Origin: Capsulimonadales bacterium
GTDB lineage: Bacteria; Armatimonadota; Armatimonadia; Armatimonadales; Armatimonadaceae
NCBI GenBank assembly: GCA_033762295.1
Contig: JANRLW010000034.1
Span: 1-61,305, forward strand
DNA length: 61,305 bases
Reading direction: 5' to 3'
In this document: in pieces, positions 8,204 through 17,915 of the stretch
Position numbering within the stretch: position 1 is the first letter of the stretch
Layout: every line of letters starts with the position of its first letter
Notes under the pieces: generated by a model
The model's database searches: none
Told to the model about the DNA's origin: nothing
The model's input: the letters and a program-made list of their open reading frames with translations, nothing else
Position numbers and translations under genes: made by a program

Positions 8204-11080
8204 ATGCGGAAACCGTTACGGGCGACATGCTGGAGTGTACTCGGGTGGTGTGCGGCGATCGCTCACCCGGCGTTCGCGCAGGAGGCGGTCCCATTTCCGC
8301 CGCAGATCGGCGACGCGGTATCCGTTCAGGAGGCCGGTCCACGGGGCGCGGTGCCGAAGGGATGGCCCGACCCCGGACGGATCGGGACACTGAAAGACGG
8401 GCTGAATCACGTGATCCGCCGGTCCCTGCGGCGTGGTCCGATGCTCGTCCTCGGCGCGGAGAAGACCGCGCCGTATCAGCCGACCCGGGACGCGTCGGAC
8501 GAAACATGGCGTCCGCCGACCCCGTTGCCCCCGCCGGAATCGAAGGAGGGCTGGCGACTCGATGTCCTGGCGGCCCACTTCGGGCGGAAGGTGACGCGCG
8601 TCGGCAGTCTTACCGCTCTGACTCCGACCACCATGACGATCCTGAACACCCGGCTTCCGGCGGACGTCGACCCGATGGCGAACCTGCAGTCCTGGGACCG
8701 AATGCAACTGTTTCAGGCGTCGCTGACCGAGGAGCAGTGGCGCAAGATGGGAACGGAGCAGGGACTCGGACTCGCGGATATGGATCAGGAGCAGAAAGAA
8801 CTGTTCCTGGGGATGATTCCGGAGAAGGCGACTCTCTCGCGGCAGCGGCAGGCGACGCGATGGACGGAGGGCATCGACCTGGCCGAGGTAAAGGGACTCG
8901 CGCCCGAAAACCGACAGGGCAAGTTAACCGCCGCCCAGCGGATGGGCGCGCGCCTTCGTATGAACCGGACCATCCGAATGTGGCTGCCGGATGCCGAGAA
9001 TGGCAACACTTACGCTGCCTGGGTCCCCGAACGCCCGGAGAACACCCAGTACTGGTCACTGAGTCAATCCGGAGACACGATACGACGGGGGGAGGTCTTC
9101 GGGGTCAAGGTGGTCGCCGAAGTTCCCGCGCGATCCAAACCCTCGCAACTCCGGTACGACCTGTCCGACTTCGATATCGACATCGCGATCGGGAACGCAA
9201 AGACGGTCGGTGAACTGGTCCGGCGTATCGCCGAAGTCACAGGCAAGGAGATCCGTGCCGACGCGCGGGTTTCCGGCCTGTCGGTTCAATGGGCGGCCGG
9301 GGAAGGAGACACGGTACGGGCGGGCGACCTGTTGAGAGCGCTGGCCCTGGCGGTGACCGGAACCTATCGTCAGGTCGGAACCGCCTATATTTTGACCGAC
9401 GATATCGAGGGGATCGGAGCCCGGCAGGCACGTATCCGGGAGTGGGCGCAGCAACTGATGCTGGCGCGCAACCTGCGGATGCGGGATTTTTGGAAACGCC
9501 TGCGCAAAATGCAGCCGGGCAGATTTATTCGTTACGCTTCCGGCGATCCGATGGCTCCGGACGCGAAACTGGCGGAAAAGCTCGAACAACAGCGCGAGGT
9601 GCAGCGGATTCCCTACCGCCCCCTGATGGTTCCTGCCGAGGAACTGGGGCCCGCTCTCAAAAAGCAGGTCGACCTGGCGGTCAAGGCTCATGAGGAGAAT
9701 ATCCGGGACAACCCGCAGCAGCGACCGGTCGCGGCGCATCTGGTCCAGGTGCAGATCGAGACACGAACGACGCTGCTACTGCCCGGCATCGGCCCGGTCG
9801 AATTTCAAATGGGCGGAATGGGAATCGATTCGATGCTGCCGCCGCCGAAACAGACGCTCCTTTCCAGCGGACGGTCGGCCGATCTGCCGTTCGAACCACC
9901 GACCGGCATGAGTGTCGGCGGCGTTCTTCTCTTTGAACCGACGGCGGACGAGGACATTCCTGCCGCGGTCGATCTGGCGTTCCAACGCGGCTTCCGGCAG
10001 CTCTGGGTCAGTTTGCCGCTCGACCCGCTCGCCGGAAGGAAGCAACTGGAGGCGGTCATCACGGAGGCGAAGAAACGCAACCTCCCGGTGTATGCGGTGC
10101 TTCGGCTGATGCAGAAGCCGCGCACGGAAAAAAACGCCTTCACCCCCGTGAACATTCTGGGAGAGACCTATGGTGAGTGGGCGGCGCGGAAGGAACGCAC
10201 CCCCGACGTCTATCCGGGGGAGAAGGAGACGATTCGGCGATCCGGGGAGTGGTTCGATCCGTCCGACCCGGCGACCCTTCCCCAGCTGAAAAGGCGGATT
10301 CTGGAGATCGCTGCGACTCCCGGATTGGCCGGAATCGCGCTGCGCGATATCGCGACCCCCGGTTTCCGAACTGCGAGCCGACCCAACCGGGGATACGAGT
10401 ATGTTCCGGAGTCCGCCGCCGATCTTGGCTACTCGTTGACCAACCGGGTCGCCCTGTTGCGGGAGGCGGATACCGACCCGATCGATATCATCACCGGGCA
10501 GTACGGGGTTCCGGGAGGCGATACCAACATCAACCTGCCCTTTTTCGCCGAGGAACAGATGCGATGGGTCCGAAAACCGAACGGCGAATGGGGTCCGGAT
10601 GAGAAACTCGTGACGGCCCGGATGCGCTGGAACGACTTCCGGTTCAAGATCACGGAGAAGCTACTCACCGACCTGCATAAAGCGGTGATCGACGAAAAAC
10701 CTGACATCCGTCTGCTTTCCATGCCGTTCGGAGAGGAGTGGGAGGGTAACTGGTTTGTTTCCTGGGCGAAGGGAGACTCGCTGCCCCGATCGACGCGTGA
10801 GGAAAACCCCGACCCGACGAAGGGGCTGAACATGGCGGGAACGGTGCTCCTGACCGTGGATATTACGACGCAGTTGCTGATGTCCGAATTTTTCGAGGGC
10901 GAGATGCCGGTACAGATACGGTTGAACCGCCATCTCAATCAGTCGCTGGAATGGCGGAAGGAGAGCCAGCAACGCATGGACGGTTTCATTCTCGACGTGA
11001 CCGGGGGATCGATTCGGAAAGTCGCTCCGCTCCTGCTCGCCGGTATCGTTCCGCCGGGCAGCCGAACGGCCGAAAAGTAG
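8204..11080 (+). CDS. Large exported hypothetical protein; C-terminal half resembles a glycoside-hydrolase-like barrel (DUF187/GHL10-like)
   Basis: Signal peptide ending PAFA-Q; WFDPSDPATLPQLKRRILEIAATPGLAGIALRD resembles GHL10 segment; good RBS. Confidence 0.6.
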   Translation: MRKPLRATCWSVLGWCAAIAHPAFAQEAVPFPPQIGDAVSVQEAGPRGAVPKGWPDPGRIGTLKDGLNHVIRRSLRRGPMLVLGAEKTAPYQPTRDASDETWRPPTPLPPPESKEGWRLDVLAAHFGRKVTRVGSLTALTPTTMTILNTRLPADVDPMANLQSWDRMQLFQASLTEEQWRKMGTEQGLGLADMDQEQKELFLGMIPEKATLSRQRQATRWTEGIDLAEVKGLAPENRQGKLTAAQRMGARLRMNRTIRMWLPDAENGNTYAAWVPERPENTQYWSLSQSGDTIRRGEVFGVKVVAEVPARSKPSQLRYDLSDFDIDIAIGNAKTVGELVRRIAEVTGKEIRADARVSGLSVQWAAGEGDTVRAGDLLRALALAVTGTYRQVGTAYILTDDIEGIGARQARIREWAQQLMLARNLRMRDFWKRLRKMQPGRFIRYASGDPMAPDAKLAEKLEQQREVQRIPYRPLMVPAEELGPALKKQVDLAVKAHEENIRDNPQQRPVAAHLVQVQIETRTTLLLPGIGPVEFQMGGMGIDSMLPPPKQTLLSSGRSADLPFEPPTGMSVGGVLLFEPTADEDIPAAVDLAFQRGFRQLWVSLPLDPLAGRKQLEAVITEAKKRNLPVYAVLRLMQKPRTEKNAFTPVNILGETYGEWAARKERTPDVYPGEKETIRRSGEWFDPSDPATLPQLKRRILEIAATPGLAGIALRDIATPGFRTASRPNRGYEYVPESAADLGYSLTNRVALLREADTDPIDIITGQYGVPGGDTNINLPFFAEEQMRWVRKPNGEWGPDEKLVTARMRWNDFRFKITEKLLTDLHKAVIDEKPDIRLLSMPFGEEWEGNWFVSWAKGDSLPRSTREENPDPTKGLNMAGTVLLTVDITTQLLMSEFFEGEMPVQIRLNRHLNQSLEWRKESQQRMDGFILDVTGGSIRKVAPLLLAGIVPPGSRTAEK

Positions 11081-11091
11081 GACAGGGGTCG

Positions 11092-12063
11092 TTATTCGAA
11101 GTCTCTTCGAATAGCGACCAGACCCTTGACATAAACCGGCTTGATCAGGGATTCGACCACGACCCGCCCATGGCTGCCGGACGCATGGATGAACAATCCG
11201 CGACCGACGTAGATACCCGTGTGGTCGATGCCGGCGCGACGGGTGGAGCAGTCGAAATAGAGCCGGTCGCCGGGCCGCAGGTCATTCCCGGAAAAGATGG
11301 CGCGTCCCCGGGTGATCTGGTGTCCGCTATGCCGGGCGAGGTCCACTCCCTGCGTTCGGAAGCAGGAGCGAACGAACGCGGAGCAGTCGAGCCCGTTGCG
11401 GGTGTTGCCGCCCCAGACATACGGCACGCCGAGGTAGGTGTAGGCTTCGCGGAGGACGCCCCGGATACGTTCGTCAAAAGCCTCGCCCGTCTCCGGGTAT
11501 TCGGGTGTACCGCCCGCCGTTTCCGATCCTTCGCTTTCTTGCGGTACCGGGATGCGGGTCTGATAATCCATCAGTTCGAGATCGCTTTTCGGGGTCCAGC
11601 CGATCGTTTTGTTGATCATCAGCACCCCCCAGAACGCATCGGTCTCGGCAATGACCGCGACATAGGTTCCCTGCGGTATTTTGGACAGAAGGCGGGAGGA
11701 CGGTTCGACCCCGACCCGCAGTTCCGCCTGTTCGGAGACCACGCAGGCCAGTTGCGCCGGCACCTGGGGAGCGTTCATCGGCGGCTGGCGAAGGGAACGG
11801 ATGCCGTTGCGAGACGCCAGGGGAGCGGAGGTCACCCGGCGGCGCGTTGGAGCGGACGTCTTTCCTGCCGGTCCGGTGGTTCCCGTATTGCGTTTGGGCG
11901 GTGTGGCGGGCGCGCCGGTGTCCAGGGTCATAGTCAGCGTCGTCGCGCTTTCCTCCGTCTGGGCAGCGGCGGACCGTACGAACCCGAGGGGCGCGGAAAG
12001 CAGCGGCAGGCAAACTGCCGACAGGACAGCGATAGAGCGGCACGAAAAAGGCACGGGCGTCAC
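11092..12063 (-). CDS. NlpC/P60 (C40) cell-wall peptidase with SH3-like domain
   Basis: YLGVPYVWGG..GLDCSAFV, LRPGDRLYF, HTGIYVGRGLFIHAS; signal peptide. Confidence 0.9.
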   Translation of the reverse strand: MTPVPFSCRSIAVLSAVCLPLLSAPLGFVRSAAAQTEESATTLTMTLDTGAPATPPKRNTGTTGPAGKTSAPTRRRVTSAPLASRNGIRSLRQPPMNAPQVPAQLACVVSEQAELRVGVEPSSRLLSKIPQGTYVAVIAETDAFWGVLMINKTIGWTPKSDLELMDYQTRIPVPQESEGSETAGGTPEYPETGEAFDERIRGVLREAYTYLGVPYVWGGNTRNGLDCSAFVRSCFRTQGVDLARHSGHQITRGRAIFSGNDLRPGDRLYFDCSTRRAGIDHTGIYVGRGLFIHASGSHGRVVVESLIKPVYVKGLVAIRRDFE

Positions 12064-12198
12064 ATCCTCCGAGAACCAACCGTGTGGAACGTCAATGCCA
12101 TTATCGGCATGGCACCGGGGAAATATTTAGACAAATAGTGAGTGGAAATCCTTCGGAAAGCCCTTCCGCCCACAAAATAGGGGCGGAAGGGCCGGAGA

Positions 12199-12861
12199 TT
12201 AACGCTGAGGCACCGGGCGGCCCATGCTCTTGTAGGCGTCCTCGATCGCCTTCTTGTCCTCGGCGGCCTGCTTGTTGGTCGGGTCGAGAGACAGGGCGCG
12301 GCGGGCATGCTTCAGAGCGGCGGGGTAGCGGTTCCGCGGCGGGATGGTGGCGTCGAGCATCGTCGCATGGCCGAGATCGGCGATGGCGGCGGCGAGCGCT
12401 TTCTTCTTGGCCGGATCGTTCTTGGCCTTGTTGTAGGCGGTTTCGGCGACCTTGACACGAGCGGTCGCTTCCTTCACGGACAGCTTCTTCTCCTCGGTGC
12501 CGGTCGCTTCGGTCGTTTCCGCGCCTTTCGGGGCGGTCCACGACTTCGGCTTGGTATTCGGATCGGGGTCCGGTCCCACTTCCTCCCCGGCCTTCTTCGC
12601 CTCGGCGGCGTCATCGAATTCGACGAAGGACAGGTTGCGGAGTTTATAATAGTTGCCGCGATAATTGCGCTTGCCGCCGCCCTTTTCGTTGACATGGCAG
12701 TAGCCGCACGGCTTGCCTTCCTTCTGGGTAAACGGCGGGAAAGCGGTCGCCCGGGGAGCGGCGACGGAGAGCGCCGCGACCAGACCGGTCAGAGAAAGGA
12801 GTAGTCGGGTACGGTTCAAGGGTAAATACCTCCATCCGCATGGACGCGGACCAGTGTTCAT
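12199..12861 (-). CDS. Exported monoheme c-type cytochrome with C-terminal TPR-like helices (start uncertain)
   Basis: Signal peptide, CGYCH, ARRALSLDPTNKQA TPR-like motif. Confidence 0.65.
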   Translation of the reverse strand: MNTGPRPCGWRYLPLNRTRLLLSLTGLVAALSVAAPRATAFPPFTQKEGKPCGYCHVNEKGGGKRNYRGNYYKLRNLSFVEFDDAAEAKKAGEEVGPDPDPNTKPKSWTAPKGAETTEATGTEEKKLSVKEATARVKVAETAYNKAKNDPAKKKALAAAIADLGHATMLDATIPPRNRYPAALKHARRALSLDPTNKQAAEDKKAIEDAYKSMGRPVPQR

Positions 12862-13023
12862 TGTTCATCCGTTCGGGGCGATCCCGAAAAAAAGCGGGGT
12901 TATGTCCGGGTGAGTTCGGATGCAATGGAATGATACGACCCTTGGGAGGGCCGAATCCTGCCAACGGTTACAACTTTTTCAGTAGAATAAAGCAAAAACG
13001 TCCTCCGGGTCGGAGAAGGCGCC

Positions 13024-13052
13024 TTGACAGCCCGAAAACGGCCCCCCATACT
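13024..13052 (+). promoter_or_regulatory. Sigma70-like promoter for the GH43 gene
   Basis: TTGACA-N17-CATACT. Confidence 0.6.
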
Positions 13053-13104
13053 GAGAAGGATGCCGCCGACGCAAGGCGAATTTCCTGTCTACGGTGCCGT
13101 AATC

Positions 13105-14010
13105 ATGATGTATACCAACCCTGTCTGGCCTAAAGATTTTCCCGATCCGTTTGTGATCGAATGGCGAAAACGCTTCTATGCGTACGCCACCGAGACGCCG
13201 CCGTATCGATTTCAGGTGCTGGAGTCGCCCGATCTGGTGCACTGGACGCACCGCGGAACGGCGTTTACGCCGCCCTGGGCGCAGGAACACTACTGGGCTC
13301 CGGAAGTCGTCGCCTATCGCAATCGCCTTTATTTCCTCTATTCCGCGCTCAATCCGCAGACCCGGAAGCACGATATCGCCATCGCGGTCGGCGACCACCC
13401 GGTGGGACCCTTTCAGCAAAGCGCCCTTCTGGTGCGGGGGGACGATAATCGGGTGGGCGTGATCGATGCGACCATCTGGTTCGAGGCGAAGGTTCCCTAT
13501 CTCATTTACTCCGAGGAGGACCCGCGCCGGATCGTGATGCGCCGGATGAAGGACGATCTGCTCGGGGTCGAGGAGGAAAAGGTCGAACTCGTCCGCCCCG
13601 ACCGCGACTGGGAGCGAGGAGTGACGGAGGCGCCGACCCTGATCAAGCGAGGTCGACGCTATCATCTGATCTACTCGGCGGGCTGGTTTCAGAGCAACAA
13701 GCAGGACGCGTCCTACTGTGTGGCGCATGCCGTCGCGCCGAAACTGACCGGACCCTATGTCAAAACGGGGCAGATCCTGACCGGAGACGGCAAAGAGGTG
13801 TACGGCCCGGGGCATCAGTGCTACCTCAAACTGCGGTCCGGCGAGGAGTGGCTGCTCTACCACGGCTGGGACGCGCAGAACGAACCCCGGTACGGCTCGA
13901 ATCCGCTCGGGCGGACGTTACGCCTGGATCGGCTGGAGTGGAGCGAAGACCGTCCGCGCGTCATCGTTCCTTCCGTCACGCCGCTGCCCGCCCCCCGTAT
14001 CGTTCGTTAA
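13105..14010 (+). CDS. Glycoside hydrolase family 43
   Basis: YTNPV..DFPDPFV, SPDLVHW, YWAPEV, IDA, TEAP, YGPGH. Confidence 0.92.
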   Translation: MMYTNPVWPKDFPDPFVIEWRKRFYAYATETPPYRFQVLESPDLVHWTHRGTAFTPPWAQEHYWAPEVVAYRNRLYFLYSALNPQTRKHDIAIAVGDHPVGPFQQSALLVRGDDNRVGVIDATIWFEAKVPYLIYSEEDPRRIVMRRMKDDLLGVEEEKVELVRPDRDWERGVTEAPTLIKRGRRYHLIYSAGWFQSNKQDASYCVAHAVAPKLTGPYVKTGQILTGDGKEVYGPGHQCYLKLRSGEEWLLYHGWDAQNEPRYGSNPLGRTLRLDRLEWSEDRPRVIVPSVTPLPAPRIVR

Positions 14011-14028
14011 CGGGAAGCGCGTCCGCCA

Positions 14029-14730
14029 TCACTCGGCGGACGCGTCGCTGCGGTGTTTGGCCTCCCAGAGTGCGGCCAGATTGCGGAAGGGCTGATGGGT
14101 ATCCGGCACCGGTTCCCGGTGGTCGGGCGCGTGGACGTCATCCTCCGGCGTGATGGTGATGACGTCGGGTGCCACGCCGGGACAGTCCGGACGGCAGATC
14201 GGTTGCCAGGGCGCTTCCAGGATCAGATTCTGACGCAGGAGATCGCCCAGATCAAGCACGTTGCCGGAAATCACCGCCGCCGCCGGGTCCTCATCGACCG
14301 CCTGCACCTCCTCCTGCTGGTACGCGTTGTGGGTCGTCACCAGGTCGAAATTTTCTTGAATCTCGGCGCGAACGGGGACCGACATCGGAGACAGGCAGCG
14401 ACTGCACTCCGTTTGCAGCGCGGTGGAGGCGACTCCCTGCAGATGCAGGGTCCCACCGGCATTGGTCAGGGTGATCTCTCCGGTAATGGGATCGGTGGTG
14501 ACGAAATCCGGTTGCCGTTCGGGCGGAAGAGCGAAGCGGTGCGTGTACCGCATACCCACATGCCGCACCAGTTCGGAGATGTCCAGCAGTCGTGCGGCGG
14601 GTCCGGGAACCCCGGGCGTCGATCGAACCCCGCCGGCCCGTCCCTTTTCCTCGACCGTATGAACGCCGCCCTCGGTGGGCTCATCTCCGTAATAACCGAA
14701 GCGGGATCGGCCCGATTCTTCCGTACGCAT
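14029..14730 (-). CDS. DUF177/YceD family protein (start uncertain)
   Basis: ECSRCL, LDLGDLLRQNLILEAPWQPICRPDCPG, PFRNLAAL. Confidence 0.88.
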   Translation of the reverse strand: MRTEESGRSRFGYYGDEPTEGGVHTVEEKGRAGGVRSTPGVPGPAARLLDISELVRHVGMRYTHRFALPPERQPDFVTTDPITGEITLTNAGGTLHLQGVASTALQTECSRCLSPMSVPVRAEIQENFDLVTTHNAYQQEEVQAVDEDPAAAVISGNVLDLGDLLRQNLILEAPWQPICRPDCPGVAPDVITITPEDDVHAPDHREPVPDTHQPFRNLAALWEAKHRSDASAE

Positions 14731-14807
14731 AATGGTCGATTATACCACCGGCGACGCGAAACGCCTCCGGGTAGGGGTAGGGTGGGTTTGTCGTCCGGCG
14801 AGGTCGG

Positions 14808-15344
14808 TTAGCGCCGGACGAGGTCGGCGACGATCCCGGCGAGCGCGCCGAATCCGACGACCGCCGCGACCGGTACACGACGGGTCGCCGCCAGGAGTAT
14901 GCTGACGGCGACCATGGAAACGGAGAACGGATCGAGGCCGTTGCCCTGCAGTAATTTCCATAGGACGATGACGAAAACACCGACGACCGCCAGCGACAGA
15001 CCGGAGACGAAACCGACCACCGCCGGATGATTCTCGACGCGGCGGTAGAAATGTTCCACGGCCAGCACCAGCAGCGGCGGCAGGCAGATCGCCAACAGGG
15101 CGAGGAGCGCGCCGCGAAGGCCATCCAGCAGGTAGCCCAGTCCGACCACCCAGAGTCCGTTCGGTCCCGGTGAAATCTGCCCGACCGCCAGGGATTCGGC
15201 GAACTCACGCTCGGTGGCCCACCCGCGACCGATCAGGTCGCCGTGCAGGCTCGGGACATTGCCCATGCCGCCCGTTGAGAAGAGCGATGCCTTCAGCGCG
15301 AGGAGAAAGAAGGTCCAGGGGTTCGGGGGATCGGACGGATTCAT
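14808..15344 (-). CDS. Short-chain chromate transporter (CHR) subunit
   Basis: FSTGGMG, EFAESLAVGQISPGPN; hydrophobic. Confidence 0.88.
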   Translation of the reverse strand: MNPSDPPNPWTFFLLALKASLFSTGGMGNVPSLHGDLIGRGWATEREFAESLAVGQISPGPNGLWVVGLGYLLDGLRGALLALLAICLPPLLVLAVEHFYRRVENHPAVVGFVSGLSLAVVGVFVIVLWKLLQGNGLDPFSVSMVAVSILLAATRRVPVAAVVGFGALAGIVADLVRR

Positions 15345-15988
15345 GCGGAGGGCGTTCCTTTCCGGTGCGCCTGTCGGTGGCGGTTCACCAGGGCGAACAG
15401 TGCGGACAGCGCGCCCATACCTCCCAGGATCGCCAGTACGGGAACGCGTTCGGTCGCCACGGCGACCGCGCTACCGAGAAGGAGGAAGAGCGTCAACGCC
15501 AGCGGACCGGGACCGTCCCGACGGCTCTGCCGCACCGGGGTGGCCGCCATCTGATAGGCGGTGAGCAATCCCAGTCCTACCGACGCGGGAATCACGCCGC
15601 GCAGGGCGGCCTTGACCAGGGCGGAGTCGCGTATCTGCGCGTAGAAGGCCGTCAGCAGGATGGTGATCGCGGCGCTCGGAAGCAACATGCCGCCCAGACA
15701 GAGAAGGATGCCGCGGACTCCCGCGATGCGTCGTCCGAGAAGGATCGTGATGGCGAAGAGATTGATGCCCGGAGCGAAAAGACACAGCGCCCATTCGCGG
15801 GCGAACTCCTCTTCGCTGATCCAGCGGTACCGCTCGACGGCGGCCCGTCGAATCAGGGTCAGTGTGGCTCCGCCACCGCCGAAGGACTGAAGGCCGATGT
15901 TGAGCCAGACGCCGAAGAGTTGCGCGGAGGAGAGGACGGGCGGAGCGGGCGAAGACGGAACGGGAGCGGGAGAGTTGTCATCGGGCAT
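15341..15988 (-). CDS. Short-chain chromate transporter (CHR) subunit
   Basis: IGLQSFGGG, RWISEEEF, APGIN; 4-nt overlap with partner gene. Confidence 0.88.
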   Translation of the reverse strand: MPDDNSPAPVPSSPAPPVLSSAQLFGVWLNIGLQSFGGGGATLTLIRRAAVERYRWISEEEFAREWALCLFAPGINLFAITILLGRRIAGVRGILLCLGGMLLPSAAITILLTAFYAQIRDSALVKAALRGVIPASVGLGLLTAYQMAATPVRQSRRDGPGPLALTLFLLLGSAVAVATERVPVLAILGGMGALSALFALVNRHRQAHRKGTPSA

Positions 15989-16058
15989 AAGGAACGGTTC
16001 GCCGTCGACGGAGGCTTTGCCTGCCGGGGAAAAATCGCGGCCCGTCCGGTGTTTACGG

Positions 16059-16087
16059 TTGAAATGGTTCGCCGACTGCGGTATAGT
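16059..16087 (+). promoter_or_regulatory. Sigma70-like promoter for rpmG-rpmB
   Basis: TTGAAA-N17-TATAGT, 32 nt before ATG 16120. Confidence 0.7.
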
Positions 16088-16119
16088 GCATGGGTCTATT
16101 CGTAAGGAACGCGTCCACC

Positions 16120-16284
16120 ATGGCAAAAGGCAACGAAAACCGAATTTTTATCAAGATGAAATCCACCGAGAGTACGTATACGTACACGACGGTGAAGAAC
16201 AAGAAGAACGATAAGGAGCGTCTCGAACTGAAGAAGTACGATCCGATCGTTCGCAAGCATGTTCCTTTCAAGGAATCGAAGTAG
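16120..16284 (+). CDS. rpmG: 50S ribosomal protein L33, Cys-free form
   Basis: [40 protein letters not shown]. Confidence 0.96.
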   Translation: MAKGNENRIFIKMKSTESTYTYTTVKNKKNDKERLELKKYDPIVRKHVPFKESK

Positions 16285-16313
16285 GCCGCTTTGCGTGGCT
16301 TGAGGAGTTTGAA

Positions 16314-16571
16314 ATGAAAGTCTGTGCACTGTCGGGCCGGCACACGCAGCATGGCCGCAACATTCGCAACCAGCACTCGGTCGGCTGGAAGTTCCGCGCG
16401 CCGCGCACCAACCGCACGTTCGAGGTGAACCTGCAGACGGTTCGCGTTCCGGTGGAAGGTGGCGGGACGAAGAAGATCAAGGTGTCGGCGCGCATGATGA
16501 CGTCGCCCCGGTTCATCGCCATGATGTCCGGTCAGAAGCCGCTCACCAAGAAGGAAGCCAAAGCGCTCTGA
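16314..16571 (+). CDS. rpmB: 50S ribosomal protein L28 (single Cys)
   Basis: KVCALSGR..GRN, RTNRTFEVNLQ, KIKVSAR; GAGGAG RBS. Confidence 0.88.
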   Translation: MKVCALSGRHTQHGRNIRNQHSVGWKFRAPRTNRTFEVNLQTVRVPVEGGGTKKIKVSARMMTSPRFIAMMSGQKPLTKKEAKAL

Positions 16572-16582
16572 TCCAGGGAGGG

Positions 16583-16618
16583 AAGGGTGGCGTGACACCG
16601 GTCGCGCCACCCTTTTTT
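16583..16618 (+). terminator. Intrinsic terminator after rpmB
   Basis: AAGGGTGGCGTGAC-ACCG-GTCGCGCCACCCTT plus T run. Confidence 0.8.
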
Positions 16619-16619
16619 C

Positions 16620-17333
16620 ATGTCTGTTGAAATCGTCTGTCAATCGGTCGCGGATGCCGGCAACGCCCGGGAAGGCGGCGCGGATCGGATCGAACTCTGC
16701 AGCGCCCTCGCGCTGGGCGGACTGACTCCCACCGTCGGACTCCTTACGGCGGTCAGAAACGCCGTCCCTCTCCCGATCATGGCGATGATCCGCCCCCGTC
16801 CCGGCGGTTTCGTCTACTCTTCCGACGAACTCGACCAGATGGCGACCGATGCCCGTCTGCTCCGTGAAAACGGCGCGGACGGTCTCGTCTTCGGCTGTCT
16901 GACCGAGTCCCGCACCCTCGATGTCGATGCCTGCCGCCGTCTCCGCGATCTGGCCGGGGACGGCGAAACCGTTTTCCATCGAGCGTTCGACGGTGTTCTC
17001 GATCCGATCGCCGCCCTCGAGAGACTGATCGAACTGGGTATTACCCGCCTCCTGACCTCCGGGAGCAAACCCACCGCTGCCGAGGGCATTCCGCTCCTTC
17101 GCACTCTTGTCGAACGGGCCGCCGACCGCATCGAGATCCTCCCCGGCGGCGGTATCCGCGCCCATAACGCCCGCCTGATCCTCGAAGCCACCGGAGCCAC
17201 CCAACTCCACCTTGCCCCGCTCACTCCGATCTCCGAAACCTTTCCCTTTGAGGTCGGCACTCAAACGGTCATCGATCCGGATGCGGTTCGCGCCGTGGCC
17301 GCACTTTTGAAGGACGTTGTGCCACCGGCATAA
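16620..17333 (+). CDS. cutC: Copper homeostasis protein CutC
   Basis: GADRIELC, GGLTPT, MIRPRPGGFVYS, FHRAFD, LLTSG. Confidence 0.95.
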   Translation: MSVEIVCQSVADAGNAREGGADRIELCSALALGGLTPTVGLLTAVRNAVPLPIMAMIRPRPGGFVYSSDELDQMATDARLLRENGADGLVFGCLTESRTLDVDACRRLRDLAGDGETVFHRAFDGVLDPIAALERLIELGITRLLTSGSKPTAAEGIPLLRTLVERAADRIEILPGGGIRAHNARLILEATGATQLHLAPLTPISETFPFEVGTQTVIDPDAVRAVAALLKDVVPPA

Positions 17334-17456
17334 GTCGACGCGGGTGGCAAAGCCCTCAACTTTCGGTGGAGAACCGTTACCACGGAACGAAGTCGCGCCT
17401 TCCGCCGTTTCGTCTTCGGCCCACGTACGAATGGGCCGGACGGAAAGGTGGTCCGG

Positions 17457-17891
17457 ATGTCGGACAAGTGGAAAGTGTTCCTTCTGATCGGAATGGCGGT
17501 GGTCGCCGCCTCCCTCGGTGAAGCGCTTGCCTCCAAAGGGATGAAGAAAGCGCAGGAAGCGGGCGGTGTGCTGGCCGTGGTGCAGGCGGCGGCGCAGGAC
17601 TGGCACGTGGTCGTCGGCCTGATCCTGTTTCTGGCCTACGTCTTTCTCTATATCTACGCACTCGGTCTGGCCGATCTGAGTTTCGCCGTGCCTTTGCTGG
17701 CGTTCTCTTACCTGTTCGGATTGGTTTCGGCGCGCTTCTACCTCAAAGAGGAGATTCCCCCCGGACGACTGATCGGCACTCTGATTATCATCGCGGGCGT
17801 GGTGACGGTCGCCCTTGCCGGGCAGGGAGGAGGCGGCGACCGTGAAAAGGGCGATACGGAACCCGAACAGGAGCAACTGGCCGACGGATGA
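17457..17891 (+). CDS. Small EamA/DMT family membrane protein
   Basis: Four TM helices; ADLSFAVPL, LKEEI..RLIG. Confidence 0.8.
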   Translation: MSDKWKVFLLIGMAVVAASLGEALASKGMKKAQEAGGVLAVVQAAAQDWHVVVGLILFLAYVFLYIYALGLADLSFAVPLLAFSYLFGLVSARFYLKEEIPPGRLIGTLIIIAGVVTVALAGQGGGGDREKGDTEPEQEQLADG

Positions 17892-17915
17892 CGACACGTG
17901 CGACCGTCACGGCGG

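Noticed and set aside
16053..17897. 614-aa minus-strand ORF
   Set aside because: Antisense to rpmG, rpmB, cutC and the EamA gene.
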